Of a stretch of DNA of 51,378 nt, positions 16,480 to 25,259 are shown one piece after another. The translations under genes were made by a program, and so were the position numbers. Origin of the DNA: Bacteroidales bacterium (GTDB lineage Bacteria > Bacteroidota > Bacteroidia > Bacteroidales > UBA4181); contig JAVBPN010000019.1 in NCBI GenBank assembly GCA_031549585.1, positions 1-51,378 of the forward strand, in the 5' to 3' direction. How positions within the stretch are numbered: the first letter of the stretch is position 1; the number at the start of each line of letters is the position of its first letter. The notes under the pieces are model-generated. The model saw only the letters and a program-made list of their open reading frames with translations, made no database searches and was not told where the DNA came from.

Positions 16480-18780
16480 CTACAATTTTAGCGTAACTAT
16501 TCCTTTGTCCGTACGGGTACCACTAATCGTTGGCCGTTTGACAATATATAAATATGTCCCTTGCGGAAGGACTTTCCCTTTATAGGTGCCGTCCCAGCCT
16601 GCTTTCCCCTGATAGAGCACAGTTCCGGTACGATTGAAAACCGTTAGGTCATGTCCGGGCAAGAACAATTCATTCTTTCCGTCCCTATTGGGTGTGAATA
16701 CGTTTGGCAGCTTTTCCCCGGTAATTTCCAATACCAATTGGTCTTGAGATACGCAATTGTTGACACTGGTGGCAAAAACTTGTACTTTATATTTTCCCTG
16801 CAATTCTGCATAGAATCCGATTTTATTATCCATACCTGATTCCCGGACCACTTTGTCGTTTAATAAAAACTTGTAGCTGGGGAATCCGGCAGTTGCCGAA
16901 ACGACTACTTCACTGTTTTCATAGATTTCATCGATATTTCCGCCGTCATATCTCAACTTTACAGGCTCAGCTTCCCGTACGGTGATATTTATGCTTTTGG
17001 TTTCGCTTGAAGTACCATCGCTTACTGTTAATGTATATGTGGAGCTCACCAACGGGTAGTCTTCCATAACTCTTATGGAAGATACAATCGGGCTAGTCCA
17101 TGAATACACGTATCTGGATGTAATGCCGCTTCCTCCCGATACAACTGGCGTAATGGTCACCCGTTCGTTCGGGCATATTTCATAAGACGACACCCTGAAG
17201 CCAATGTTGATCGGTTTCCACGGATGTTGTACGGTGACTTTAAATTCACATATAACAGTATTTCCTGATGCATCTTTTATTGTATGGCGCACTACAGATA
17301 CTCCAAGAGGAAACGAAGATCCACTGGCAAAGTTAGGATCGTTGATGGTAATAGTTGTTCCGGGGCAGTTATCGGTAAAAGAGATTGAATAATTAACGAT
17401 AACTGAACTGTTGTCTTCATCTATAATGATTATTGTATCATTGGGGCATGTTACAACAGGAAATTCTTGGTCAATAACAGTTACAGTTTGCGATGCGCTT
17501 TCGCGAAGCCCTCCTTGATCCTGTACGATCCAGTCAACAAGGGTATGGCCTAACGGATAAATAGCCAGTGCATTGTTGGTAACAATCAATTGATTGATTG
17601 GAGTACAATCATCTGAAACAGTAGGTGTTCCCAAATTAACATTGGTCGCCACACAAACACCTGCATCTGTAGGTACGATCACTTCTTTGGGAGCGATAAT
17701 TGTCGGACGTTCATTATTTAGTATATGTACGGATGCCGATTTAGGGCGACTTTCACAAACATCTTGATATTCGACGGTTACATAATAATTAACACCTGCA
17801 TTAAGTGTCCCTGTGTGAAAAACGATTCCGGTTCCAAGTAAAGTTGTCTTATTTTCGTCGTTGTACCATCTGAACAATGGGTTATTAATACTTGGAGCCA
17901 AAGCGTATAACGTGGTTGAAGTACCTGCACAAATTGATGCGCCGTCTCCCACTATTTCAATGACATCAGGAGATGCGGCTTGTTGAATAGTCACGGTAAT
18001 CTGTGTCTTTTCACTTTCGCACTCATTGGTAATTGTTTGGGTGACATAAAATACTTGCGTTCCAAGAGTTGTTGTTGAAACGGTTGGCGGAACAGTTGAA
18101 GTGGTGTTATTGTAATACCATTTAAGATTTACCCCGGTAGCCGACAATGTAATAGGAACACTGTATTGGCACACCTCTATGTTCGGATTGGATACGGTTG
18201 GCGGCGGTGATTTGGGGATAATAATGATGTCAAATTGTTGGCGGTGGCTTTCGCAACTCACTGATGAGGTATATGCAACGGTTTGGGTCGCCCAATAGGA
18301 TGTTGTTCCGGTAATAGAGGAATTAATGACTGGTGGAGTGGTAGAGCCAACTCCTCCCGTAGGAACATCATACCATTTGGCCGGGTTGGTTCCATAGATG
18401 GATAAAGAAACCGTTGATCCCTGACAATAACCATTTACAGCATAATTGACAGTTGGATTAACCGGTAGGGGATATACGGTAAGATAATTTTCTCTATGCG
18501 CTGATTGTGCACCATTGTATACCGTAAGGGTCAATACTTTATTGTTGTCCCCTGTGCTTGCTGTATAGGCTAAAGTTGGTGCCGTTCCGATTACTGTACT
18601 TCCTAATTTCCATTCGTATGATGTCACCGTTCCGGAAACATCAGCTGTCATGTTAAGGTCAGCGCCATCACAAACATCGGGAACATTGAAGCTATTAATT
18701 ACCGGAGCCTGTGCCGATACTAAAAAGGTAAAGGCGCAAAATCCGAAAAATAACATTAACTTCCTGACCGTATGAATCAT
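16480..18780 (-). CDS. large adhesin-like protein: Ig-like (CHU_C-associated type) repeats + two HYR domains + T9SS type-B CTD
   Basis: The track start at 18801 is TTG. The ATG at 18780 gives MIHTVRKLMLFFGFCAFTFLVSA|QAP (766 aa). There are four C-x-G...W(Y)...C-E-S Ig-like repeats and two HYR-like units (PTIIAPKEV..DAGVC...TVSDDC and FPVVTCPNDT...FTDNCPG...FKVTV). The C-terminus is LPNVFTPNRDGKNELF...GWDGTYKGKVLPQGTYLYIV. Confidence 0.85.
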   Translation of the reverse strand: MIHTVRKLMLFFGFCAFTFLVSAQAPVINSFNVPDVCDGADLNMTADVSGTVTSYEWKLGSTVIGTAPTLAYTASTGDNNKVLTLTVYNGAQSAHRENYLTVYPLPVNPTVNYAVNGYCQGSTVSLSIYGTNPAKWYDVPTGGVGSTTPPVINSSITGTTSYWATQTVAYTSSVSCESHRQQFDIIIIPKSPPPTVSNPNIEVCQYSVPITLSATGVNLKWYYNNTTSTVPPTVSTTTLGTQVFYVTQTITNECESEKTQITVTIQQAASPDVIEIVGDGASICAGTSTTLYALAPSINNPLFRWYNDENKTTLLGTGIVFHTGTLNAGVNYYVTVEYQDVCESRPKSASVHILNNERPTIIAPKEVIVPTDAGVCVATNVNLGTPTVSDDCTPINQLIVTNNALAIYPLGHTLVDWIVQDQGGLRESASQTVTVIDQEFPVVTCPNDTIIIIDEDNSSVIVNYSISFTDNCPGTTITINDPNFASGSSFPLGVSVVRHTIKDASGNTVICEFKVTVQHPWKPINIGFRVSSYEICPNERVTITPVVSGGSGITSRYVYSWTSPIVSSIRVMEDYPLVSSTYTLTVSDGTSSETKSINITVREAEPVKLRYDGGNIDEIYENSEVVVSATAGFPSYKFLLNDKVVRESGMDNKIGFYAELQGKYKVQVFATSVNNCVSQDQLVLEITGEKLPNVFTPNRDGKNELFLPGHDLTVFNRTGTVLYQGKAGWDGTYKGKVLPQGTYLYIVKRPTISGTRTDKGIVTLKL

Positions 18781-19003
18781 TATGTTTACAATTGACACCA
18801 ATATGTTGTGATTATGTTATACGTAAAATACATATTTATTGTTTCATTTTTCATGTATTTTTCTGATATATATTTTTTTTGTAAAATATGATAAAAAATA
18901 CAATTTATTGAAAATTAAAAAAGTATAATGATTTTTAAGGCTTGCACGGATTTTATTTGTTGGAATTCAAGTTGTGCTGGATATCTATATTACTTTTTGC
19001 CTT

Positions 19004-19573
19004 TTAGAAATTAAACCCGAAACGAATGATCGGCCCATTGTCATAAATATCATTTAGGCTCGGATTTAGATTCCACAAGATGGTTAAATTCATACTGGAA
19101 CGATTACCAATAGGAAAACGTAAGCCGCCACCCAACAGAAAGCTATTGTATAGCTTTCTACCGTCAGCCTCATATTCAAAAAAACCATTCGGATAACTCA
19201 ATGCTTCGTATTCGGCATGTGCAAATATCCGGAAATTAAGGCCAATCGGGATTATATTATTGAAATCATTGATGATAACATAGTTGGTGAATAAACGCCC
19301 ACCCCAAATATTGGCTTCATAACGTTCGTTTCCCAATACCGGCCAATAATATTTGTTATTATAATATTCGTAGGTAATACCAACTCCAACCGCCCAACGT
19401 GGCATAACATAGTATCCGACAATCGGGGATACTTGAATGTCTGTGTAGCTTCCGCTAGCCATGAACCCAAAGTTACCTCCAAAAAATAAACGGTCGCGGA
19501 ATGATTGTCCAGATGATATTGTGATGGACAACAAACCGAAACAAATGATGAGAATCGTTTTCTTAGTTATCAT
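19004..19573 (-). CDS. small outer-membrane beta-barrel protein (unknown family)
   Basis: 189 aa. Signal peptide is ...ITISSG|QSF. It has an alternating aromatic/Gly strand pattern and a C-terminal ...IIRFGFNF. Confidence 0.55.
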   Translation of the reverse strand: MITKKTILIICFGLLSITISSGQSFRDRLFFGGNFGFMASGSYTDIQVSPIVGYYVMPRWAVGVGITYEYYNNKYYWPVLGNERYEANIWGGRLFTNYVIINDFNNIIPIGLNFRIFAHAEYEALSYPNGFFEYEADGRKLYNSFLLGGGLRFPIGNRSSMNLTILWNLNPSLNDIYDNGPIIRFGFNF

Positions 19574-19613
19574 TCTGTTAAAGGTTCAAAAATAATATTT
19601 CAAAATATTTAAA

Positions 19614-20363
19614 CTACCAGCTTCTGCTTGCACCGCCGCCACCGCCTCTTCCGCCGCCGAAGCCTCCAAATCCACCTCCGCTGGAACTGCCTCTTGAGAA
19701 GCTTCCGCCGCCTACTGGGAAAAAAGGAGTCCCTCCACTACGTATTCCTCTTCGCCTACCTTTACGTCCGGAAAAGTATACAATGATAAGAATAATGATC
19801 AGAATTAGCAAAATAGGAAATATGCCTCCGTCATCTTCCGTATTCCGGTTTCGATAATCTTCCGCAGAATATTCATTCCTGGTTAGCTGGAATAATACAT
19901 CTGTTGCTTTGTCTATTCCTACATAATAATCATCTTCTTGAAATGAGGGAATCATTTCCCGGGCAATGATCATGTCGGCAATAGCATCCGGAACGACAGC
20001 TTCTAACCCATAACCTACAGATATGGTTGCTTGCCCCCTTTCATTGTTCGTTTTGGGTTTGATCAGGATCAATATACCATTATCCCTACCCTTTTGCCCG
20101 ATTCCCCAAAGGTCTAACAATCTTACTGCATAGTCATTGGGATCATATCCATGTAAGGAATTTACTGTTACTACTGCTATTTGTGTGGTTGTACTGTCAT
20201 TGAATGCGGTTAATTTGGTTTCGAGTTCTTGTTGTTGGGATTTAGATAGTATTCCGGCAAAATCGTTGACAATGCGCGGTGGGTAAGGCTGTTTGGGAAA
20301 ATCCTGCGCACTTCCGGTATAAATCTGGCCGACAAGTAGAAAAACAAATAAAAGGTATTTCAA
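19614..20363 (-). CDS. TPM-domain protein with TM segment and Gly-rich C-terminal tail
   Basis: 249 aa. The TPM signature is VNDFAGILS...LE.KL..F...TTTQIAVVTV.SL.G.....YA..L...WGIGQKG.DNGILILI. A TM segment IFPILLILIIILIIVYF is followed by a GGGFGGFGGGRGGGGG tail. The start codon at 20363 is TTG. Confidence 0.75.
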   Translation of the reverse strand: MKYLLFVFLLVGQIYTGSAQDFPKQPYPPRIVNDFAGILSKSQQQELETKLTAFNDSTTTQIAVVTVNSLHGYDPNDYAVRLLDLWGIGQKGRDNGILILIKPKTNNERGQATISVGYGLEAVVPDAIADMIIAREMIPSFQEDDYYVGIDKATDVLFQLTRNEYSAEDYRNRNTEDDGGIFPILLILIIILIIVYFSGRKGRRRGIRSGGTPFFPVGGGSFSRGSSSGGGFGGFGGGRGGGGGASRSW

Positions 20364-20374
20364 AACAACGGTTG

Positions 20375-20896
20375 TTAAAAAATTTGCTGGATCTCTTTTT
20401 TTAGCTCATCAATGGCTTTTTGTGTTGGAGTTTGTTCCCACTCCATGGTTTTTTCAAGTATGGCTTTGCTCAAGTCAATTGCAGGAGCGTTGTCATCTAC
20501 TTCTGCTGCTACCTGGTTGATGAGCGATATAATATAATTTTTGGCGTTTTTGACGCTTCCCCAAGCTGCAGGTGAGATATACAATTGTTGCGAAAGGTTA
20601 TGCTCAAATTCTGCACGGACTGTTTGCAATAATTCCGTGTGTAATTGCTTGCTGGTGCTCGACAGATAGTTAACTCTCATGAGCAACGAATCGGGCGATA
20701 TGCGTTCCAAAAAAAGAATCAAACGCTCATAGGCTTGTAAGCGAATAGGTAGAAGCTGTTTTCGATTGCCTCTTGCCATTTTAAGTTTTTGACGTTGTTC
20801 TTTGGTGCGGAAAAACCCACCGACAATGTAATATATGGCTGCCAACATGATGATAGATGGCAGCGTGATTTTTAATATTTCGACAAAATCTTTCAT
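20375..20896 (-). CDS. hypothetical single-pass membrane protein
   Basis: 173 aa with an N-terminal TM (LPSIIMLAAIYYIVGGFF) and a helical remainder. It is tightly packed between the nitroreductase gene (4 nt) and the TPM gene (11 nt). Confidence 0.5.
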   Translation of the reverse strand: MKDFVEILKITLPSIIMLAAIYYIVGGFFRTKEQRQKLKMARGNRKQLLPIRLQAYERLILFLERISPDSLLMRVNYLSSTSKQLHTELLQTVRAEFEHNLSQQLYISPAAWGSVKNAKNYIISLINQVAAEVDDNAPAIDLSKAILEKTMEWEQTPTQKAIDELKKEIQQIF

Positions 20897-20900
20897 TGGT

Positions 20901-21413
20901 TTAAGACCATTTGTTTAAGTGTATGCGAGACGGTTGCGACCGGTCTGGCTGCGGAATTTGTTGATCGGGATAACCGATTGAAATCAGAGAGAAAGCATGG
21001 ATATGCTCTGGCAAATTTAATAGGTTTTTCATGGCCAAAACGCGGTCAGGACGCGGATAAATACCCAACCATACTGATCCTATACCCATTCCATGGGCAG
21101 CTAACAAAATGTTTTGTGTTGCTGCGGCACAATCAACTGGCCAATATTCAGGCGTGTGTGCCAATTGTTCATCTCCACAGACCGCAATAACCCATTGTGC
21201 ATGAGATAACATTTGTGTATGAGGCTGAAATTCCATGATTTTTTTGAATAACTCAGGGTCATTCAATAATACAAAATGCCAAGGCTGCGTATTACATGCA
21301 GATGGTGCGTACATTCCATATCGAACAAGCTCCTCCACTGTGTTACGGTCAATCACTTTGTCCGTATATTTTCTGATACTTCGGCGGGTCAGAATTCCTT
21401 CTAATATTTCCAT
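20901..21413 (-). CDS. nitroreductase-family protein
   Basis: 170 aa with RRSIRKYTDK...APSACNTQPWHFVLL, the typical FMN nitroreductase N-terminus. Confidence 0.85.
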   Translation of the reverse strand: MEILEGILTRRSIRKYTDKVIDRNTVEELVRYGMYAPSACNTQPWHFVLLNDPELFKKIMEFQPHTQMLSHAQWVIAVCGDEQLAHTPEYWPVDCAAATQNILLAAHGMGIGSVWLGIYPRPDRVLAMKNLLNLPEHIHAFSLISIGYPDQQIPQPDRSQPSRIHLNKWS

Positions 21414-21478
21414 GTTGATATTGAGTGAATTGAAAATTAGAATTTTACTTATCTTATTGTCAATTTTTAATTGTTTAT

Positions 21479-22441
21479 TTACCGGGGTACTTCTATCTTT
21501 TGTATCATTTGTTTGATCAGGTCATCAGGCGTTAAGCCTTCCATTTCTTTTTCGGGAGACAGGATGATGCGATGGCGCAATACAGGATATGCCAAGTATT
21601 GGATGTCTTCGGGAGTTATAAAATCACGCCCTTGCATTGCTGCCCATGTTTTTGTCCCGTTGAGCAGAGCAATGGATGCGCGGGGCGAAGCGCCCAAATA
21701 TAATGCGGGATTATTGCGCGTTATAGCTACTAATTCGGCAATATATTGCAATAATTCCGGCTTTACATAAACGTTTTGTATAGCGGCGCGTAATTGCTTG
21801 ATGTTATCAGAATTCAATACTTTATCTAAACTTTCCAAATGGTTGAAAACACCGTCATTATATCGCTGCATAATAACCACTTCTTGTTCTATGGCCGGAT
21901 ATCCCACCAATATCTTAAACATAAAACGATCTAGTTGGGCTTCAGGTAGCCGATAGGTGCCTTCCTGATCGATTGGGTTTTGGGTGGCAACAACCATGAA
22001 TGGATATGACATTTTGTAGGTTTTGCCGTCATACGTTACTTGCTTTTCTTCCATTACTTCAAAAAGTGCGGCTTGCGTTTTAGCCGGTGCCCGGTTGATT
22101 TCATCCGTAAGAATGACGTTTGCAAAAATAGGGCCTTGCCGGAATTCAAAATCGCCTTTTGCCGGGATAAACACAGAAGATCCGGTAATGTCAGACGGCA
22201 TCAGGTCGGGCGTAAATTGGATGCGGCTGAATTTGGAATCGATAATCTGTGCGAGCAGCTTAGCTGTTAGTGTTTTTGCAACGCCCGGAACACCTTCGAT
22301 CAGCACATGGCCTTCCGATACGATGGCTACCAGCAAAAGGTTGAGCATTTGTTCCTGACCGACAATCAAGCTACTAACGGCAGCTTTGGCAGTTTGTATC
22401 TTTTCGTTTAATTGAGAAAAATCAATACGTGAATCGAACAT
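21479..22441 (-). CDS. MoxR-family AAA+ ATPase
   Basis: 320 aa. Motifs are Walker A GVPGVAKT, FSRIQFTPDLMPSDITG, Walker B ILTDEINRA and VVATQNP. Confidence 0.9.
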   Translation of the reverse strand: MFDSRIDFSQLNEKIQTAKAAVSSLIVGQEQMLNLLLVAIVSEGHVLIEGVPGVAKTLTAKLLAQIIDSKFSRIQFTPDLMPSDITGSSVFIPAKGDFEFRQGPIFANVILTDEINRAPAKTQAALFEVMEEKQVTYDGKTYKMSYPFMVVATQNPIDQEGTYRLPEAQLDRFMFKILVGYPAIEQEVVIMQRYNDGVFNHLESLDKVLNSDNIKQLRAAIQNVYVKPELLQYIAELVAITRNNPALYLGASPRASIALLNGTKTWAAMQGRDFITPEDIQYLAYPVLRHRIILSPEKEMEGLTPDDLIKQMIQKIEVPR

Positions 22442-22774
22442 ATCATTTTAACATTTATGATAAACGGATGGTTTTGCTGGAGCAGAATTTTCAGCCTGTT
22501 CCAAAAAACAAGTGTTTCTTTGAGTTTTATTTGGATGGTTTTAATATTGCAAAAATAGCAAGAAGTGTAACAAATCCAAAAAGTCTAAATTGAGGTTAAC
22601 CTTAAATTTGAATAGGTTATTGGTGATTATATGTAAATCATGTGCCGATTGTTTGTGGTATCTATAAAAAAAACAGAACGATATTTTGTGTTTGTGTGGA
22701 TTATTTTTTATCTTTATATGTGGTAATTTTTGCAAATTAGAAATTAATCAACTCGTAATCAAATTTTTACGAAT

Positions 22775-24979
22775 ATGAAAAGATATTTACTTCTATTTAT
22801 TATTTGTTTACTTTGTTTCGGTAATGCGAAAGCTCAATCGATAACAATTACTGATGCTGCCGGCTTACAGGCCATGGCGAGCAACTTGAACGGCGATTTT
22901 ATATTGGGGGCAGATATTGATTTGACCGGCATTACTTGGACTCCTGTTGGAACTTCGTCTACTCCTTTTGCCGGGACGTTTGATGGTAACAACCATAAAA
23001 TTATTGGCTTAAAGATTAATTCGCCGGGGTCGGATTATGTGGGATTGTTTGGTTATACCAATGCTTCTGTGTCTGGTAATAAGATACAGCGTATTTATTT
23101 TGTAGATTGTGAGGTGACCGGACAAGATCATGTGGGGATTTTGGCCGGATATGCTTACGGAGATTCTCTGATCGACATATCTATATTGAATAGCAAGGTA
23201 ACTGGTCGTGATCAGATAGGAATTTTGGCCGGGGTAGTGGACGCAAATCCCATCACAAGAGTGCTCGTTACAAACGGCACAGTGGAGGGTCGTGCCCAAG
23301 TGGGTGGGCTGGTTGGAATGGTTGAATATTCTTCTACCGATGAGCTATCTTACAGCTATGTTTCAGGACAAGTAAATGGAGAGACTAAAGTCGGAGGATT
23401 AGTTGGAGTAGGGGGATATTACACTCATAACTGTTATACGACATGCGACGTTTCTGCTACCCAAGATATTGTGGGCGGATTAGTTGGAGCTAATGTCAGT
23501 TCTATTGGTTTTTGTTATGCTTCAGGTTCTGTTTCGGGAAGAGATTATGTGGGAGGAATTGCCGGACAAAATGATGATGGGGCTGTATTTGACAGTTATG
23601 CTACCGGAAATGTTTCTGGTGCGTATAATGTAGGTGGAATCGCCGGAGCAAATTTAGGAACATATGGAGGATCGCTTTATGACACATATGCTTCAGGCTC
23701 GGTATCGGGTACAGAAAATGTGGGTGGATTAGTTGGACATAACTTTTCTGTCGGATATATTAACAATAGTGTAGCGATTAATTCTTCCATTAGTGCGACC
23801 AATGGTCCAAGCACTGAAGGACGCATTGCCGGACTTGATGATGGAGGGGGAAATATAAATGACAATTATGCTTTAGCAACACTTAGCCCCGGTAGTGGAA
23901 CTACTACTGATAAAAATGGGGCAAACCAAACCGATGCAGACCTCAAAAAACAAATTACGTATGAAGCTCTTTATTGGGATTTTACTATTATGGAAACTTG
24001 GGGAATTAACGAAGATGCGTCTTATCCTTACCTGAAGGATCTACCGGTGAAACAATTATCCGGTAAGGTATTGCCGGAATCAGGAACTTTGGATTTATAT
24101 ACCATTGATGTGTATGAAAAAACAAGCGGATCTTTGGTAATTACCCAAACATTTGCTGCGCCAGACTACACGGTATTTGTGCCTGAAGGTGATTATCTGA
24201 TTTATGCATCAGGTGAAGGTTATTTTTCTGCTTACTATACCGTTGCGAGTCCTGCGATCCATTGGAGCGGTGCGGCAACTGTTACTGTATCGGGAGATAC
24301 GCAAATCGGCACTATTACACTTAAACCGGTATCGAATCCTGGCGCTGGAAGCGTAACCATTTCGGGTAATGTCCAATATGCAGGCCCTAAGGCGACTATG
24401 GCTCGTCCGGTTGCTTATGCTACGGTCATTTTGTATGGAAAACCGCGAGCAAAAAGCTCGCCTAAAAGCATGGTTTCGATTGCTGCAGACGACGATTTTG
24501 TGGCTATGGAGCAAACCCGAACGGATCAAGATGGTAATTTCTCGTTTACCAATTTAACAGCAGATTATTTGTATCGGTTATATATCGAAATGCCTAGCTA
24601 CACCATGGTAGTGAACGATTTCAATTATATCATTGATTCGGAAACTGCAGGACAAACTCAGTTTAATATAAACTATTTGGCAAGCGAACAAAGCAAAACC
24701 ATTTATATTAATTCTGAAAATCCTGATTTTGCTCGTATTGATGATGCCATTTCGATAAAATTGTATCCAAATCCGGCAGAAAGTGTAATCCATATATCAA
24801 TGGATATTGATATATCTTTTATTGTGCGGATATATAATTCATCAGGACAACAAATGATCGTGGCCAACGGTACTTCAAGGGAAACCTTGATTGATGTGAG
24901 CCGGTTTAGGCCGGGCGTGTATTTTGTCCGTGTAGAAATTGCCGGAAAAGCAGGAGTATATAAATTTGTAAAGAAGTAA
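22775..24979 (+). CDS. GLUG-motif repeat surface protein with T9SS type-A C-terminal sorting domain
   Basis: 734 aa. Signal peptide is ...GNAKA|QSI. It has about nine (V/I)GG(L/I)(V/A)G repeats spaced about 20-25 aa apart, then carboxypeptidase-regulatory-like beta-sandwich regions. The C-terminus KLYPNPAESVIHIS....IYNSSGQQM....IDVSRFRPGVYFVRVE matches the type-A CTD (TIGR04183-like). Confidence 0.8.
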   Translation: MKRYLLLFIICLLCFGNAKAQSITITDAAGLQAMASNLNGDFILGADIDLTGITWTPVGTSSTPFAGTFDGNNHKIIGLKINSPGSDYVGLFGYTNASVSGNKIQRIYFVDCEVTGQDHVGILAGYAYGDSLIDISILNSKVTGRDQIGILAGVVDANPITRVLVTNGTVEGRAQVGGLVGMVEYSSTDELSYSYVSGQVNGETKVGGLVGVGGYYTHNCYTTCDVSATQDIVGGLVGANVSSIGFCYASGSVSGRDYVGGIAGQNDDGAVFDSYATGNVSGAYNVGGIAGANLGTYGGSLYDTYASGSVSGTENVGGLVGHNFSVGYINNSVAINSSISATNGPSTEGRIAGLDDGGGNINDNYALATLSPGSGTTTDKNGANQTDADLKKQITYEALYWDFTIMETWGINEDASYPYLKDLPVKQLSGKVLPESGTLDLYTIDVYEKTSGSLVITQTFAAPDYTVFVPEGDYLIYASGEGYFSAYYTVASPAIHWSGAATVTVSGDTQIGTITLKPVSNPGAGSVTISGNVQYAGPKATMARPVAYATVILYGKPRAKSSPKSMVSIAADDDFVAMEQTRTDQDGNFSFTNLTADYLYRLYIEMPSYTMVVNDFNYIIDSETAGQTQFNINYLASEQSKTIYINSENPDFARIDDAISIKLYPNPAESVIHISMDIDISFIVRIYNSSGQQMIVANGTSRETLIDVSRFRPGVYFVRVEIAGKAGVYKFVKK

Positions 24980-25012
24980 GGAAAGAGAGTGCATCAAAAA
25001 ATCATTTCCGTT

Positions 25013-25087
25013 CGTCATTGCGAGCGTTAGCGAAGCAATCTTGTTTTTGTATTTGAGATTGCTTCACCCTTTGGGTTTGCAATGACG
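25013..25087. repeat. intergenic palindromic element of the 'cgtcattgcgagc...gaagcaatc' type; probable bidirectional terminator
   Basis: Outer arms are cgtcattgc (25013-25021) and gcaatgacg (25079-25087). Inner arms are gaagcaatct (25032-25041) and agattgcttc (25056-25065). It lies between convergent genes. The core matches a dispersed repeat I recall from many Bacteroidota genomes. Confidence 0.6.
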
Positions 25088-25259
25088 TCCATTATCGACT
25101 TTTGATATATCTACTTATGGGTAAACTCTTTCTTCCAGATACCTGCTTTTATGGTTGGCTTGTTGCATCAAATCCTTTTTGTTTGGCATTAATGTCTATA
25201 TACATTTTATCAACTTGAATCCGGATGATGAATTGACGGTATGTTTCAGTCGAGTTTTT

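Noticed and set aside
19617-19735. GC-rich, internally repetitive DNA (ccgcc/cctcc units) that could look like a tandem repeat or array
   Set aside because: It is the coding sequence of the poly-Gly C-terminal tail of the TPM-domain protein, with no spacer/repeat periodicity.
22541-22735. 64-aa ORF in the divergent MoxR/GLUG promoter region
   Set aside because: The spacer is AT-rich and the ORF is Lys/Phe/Asn-rich low complexity, with no start context. It is most likely non-coding.
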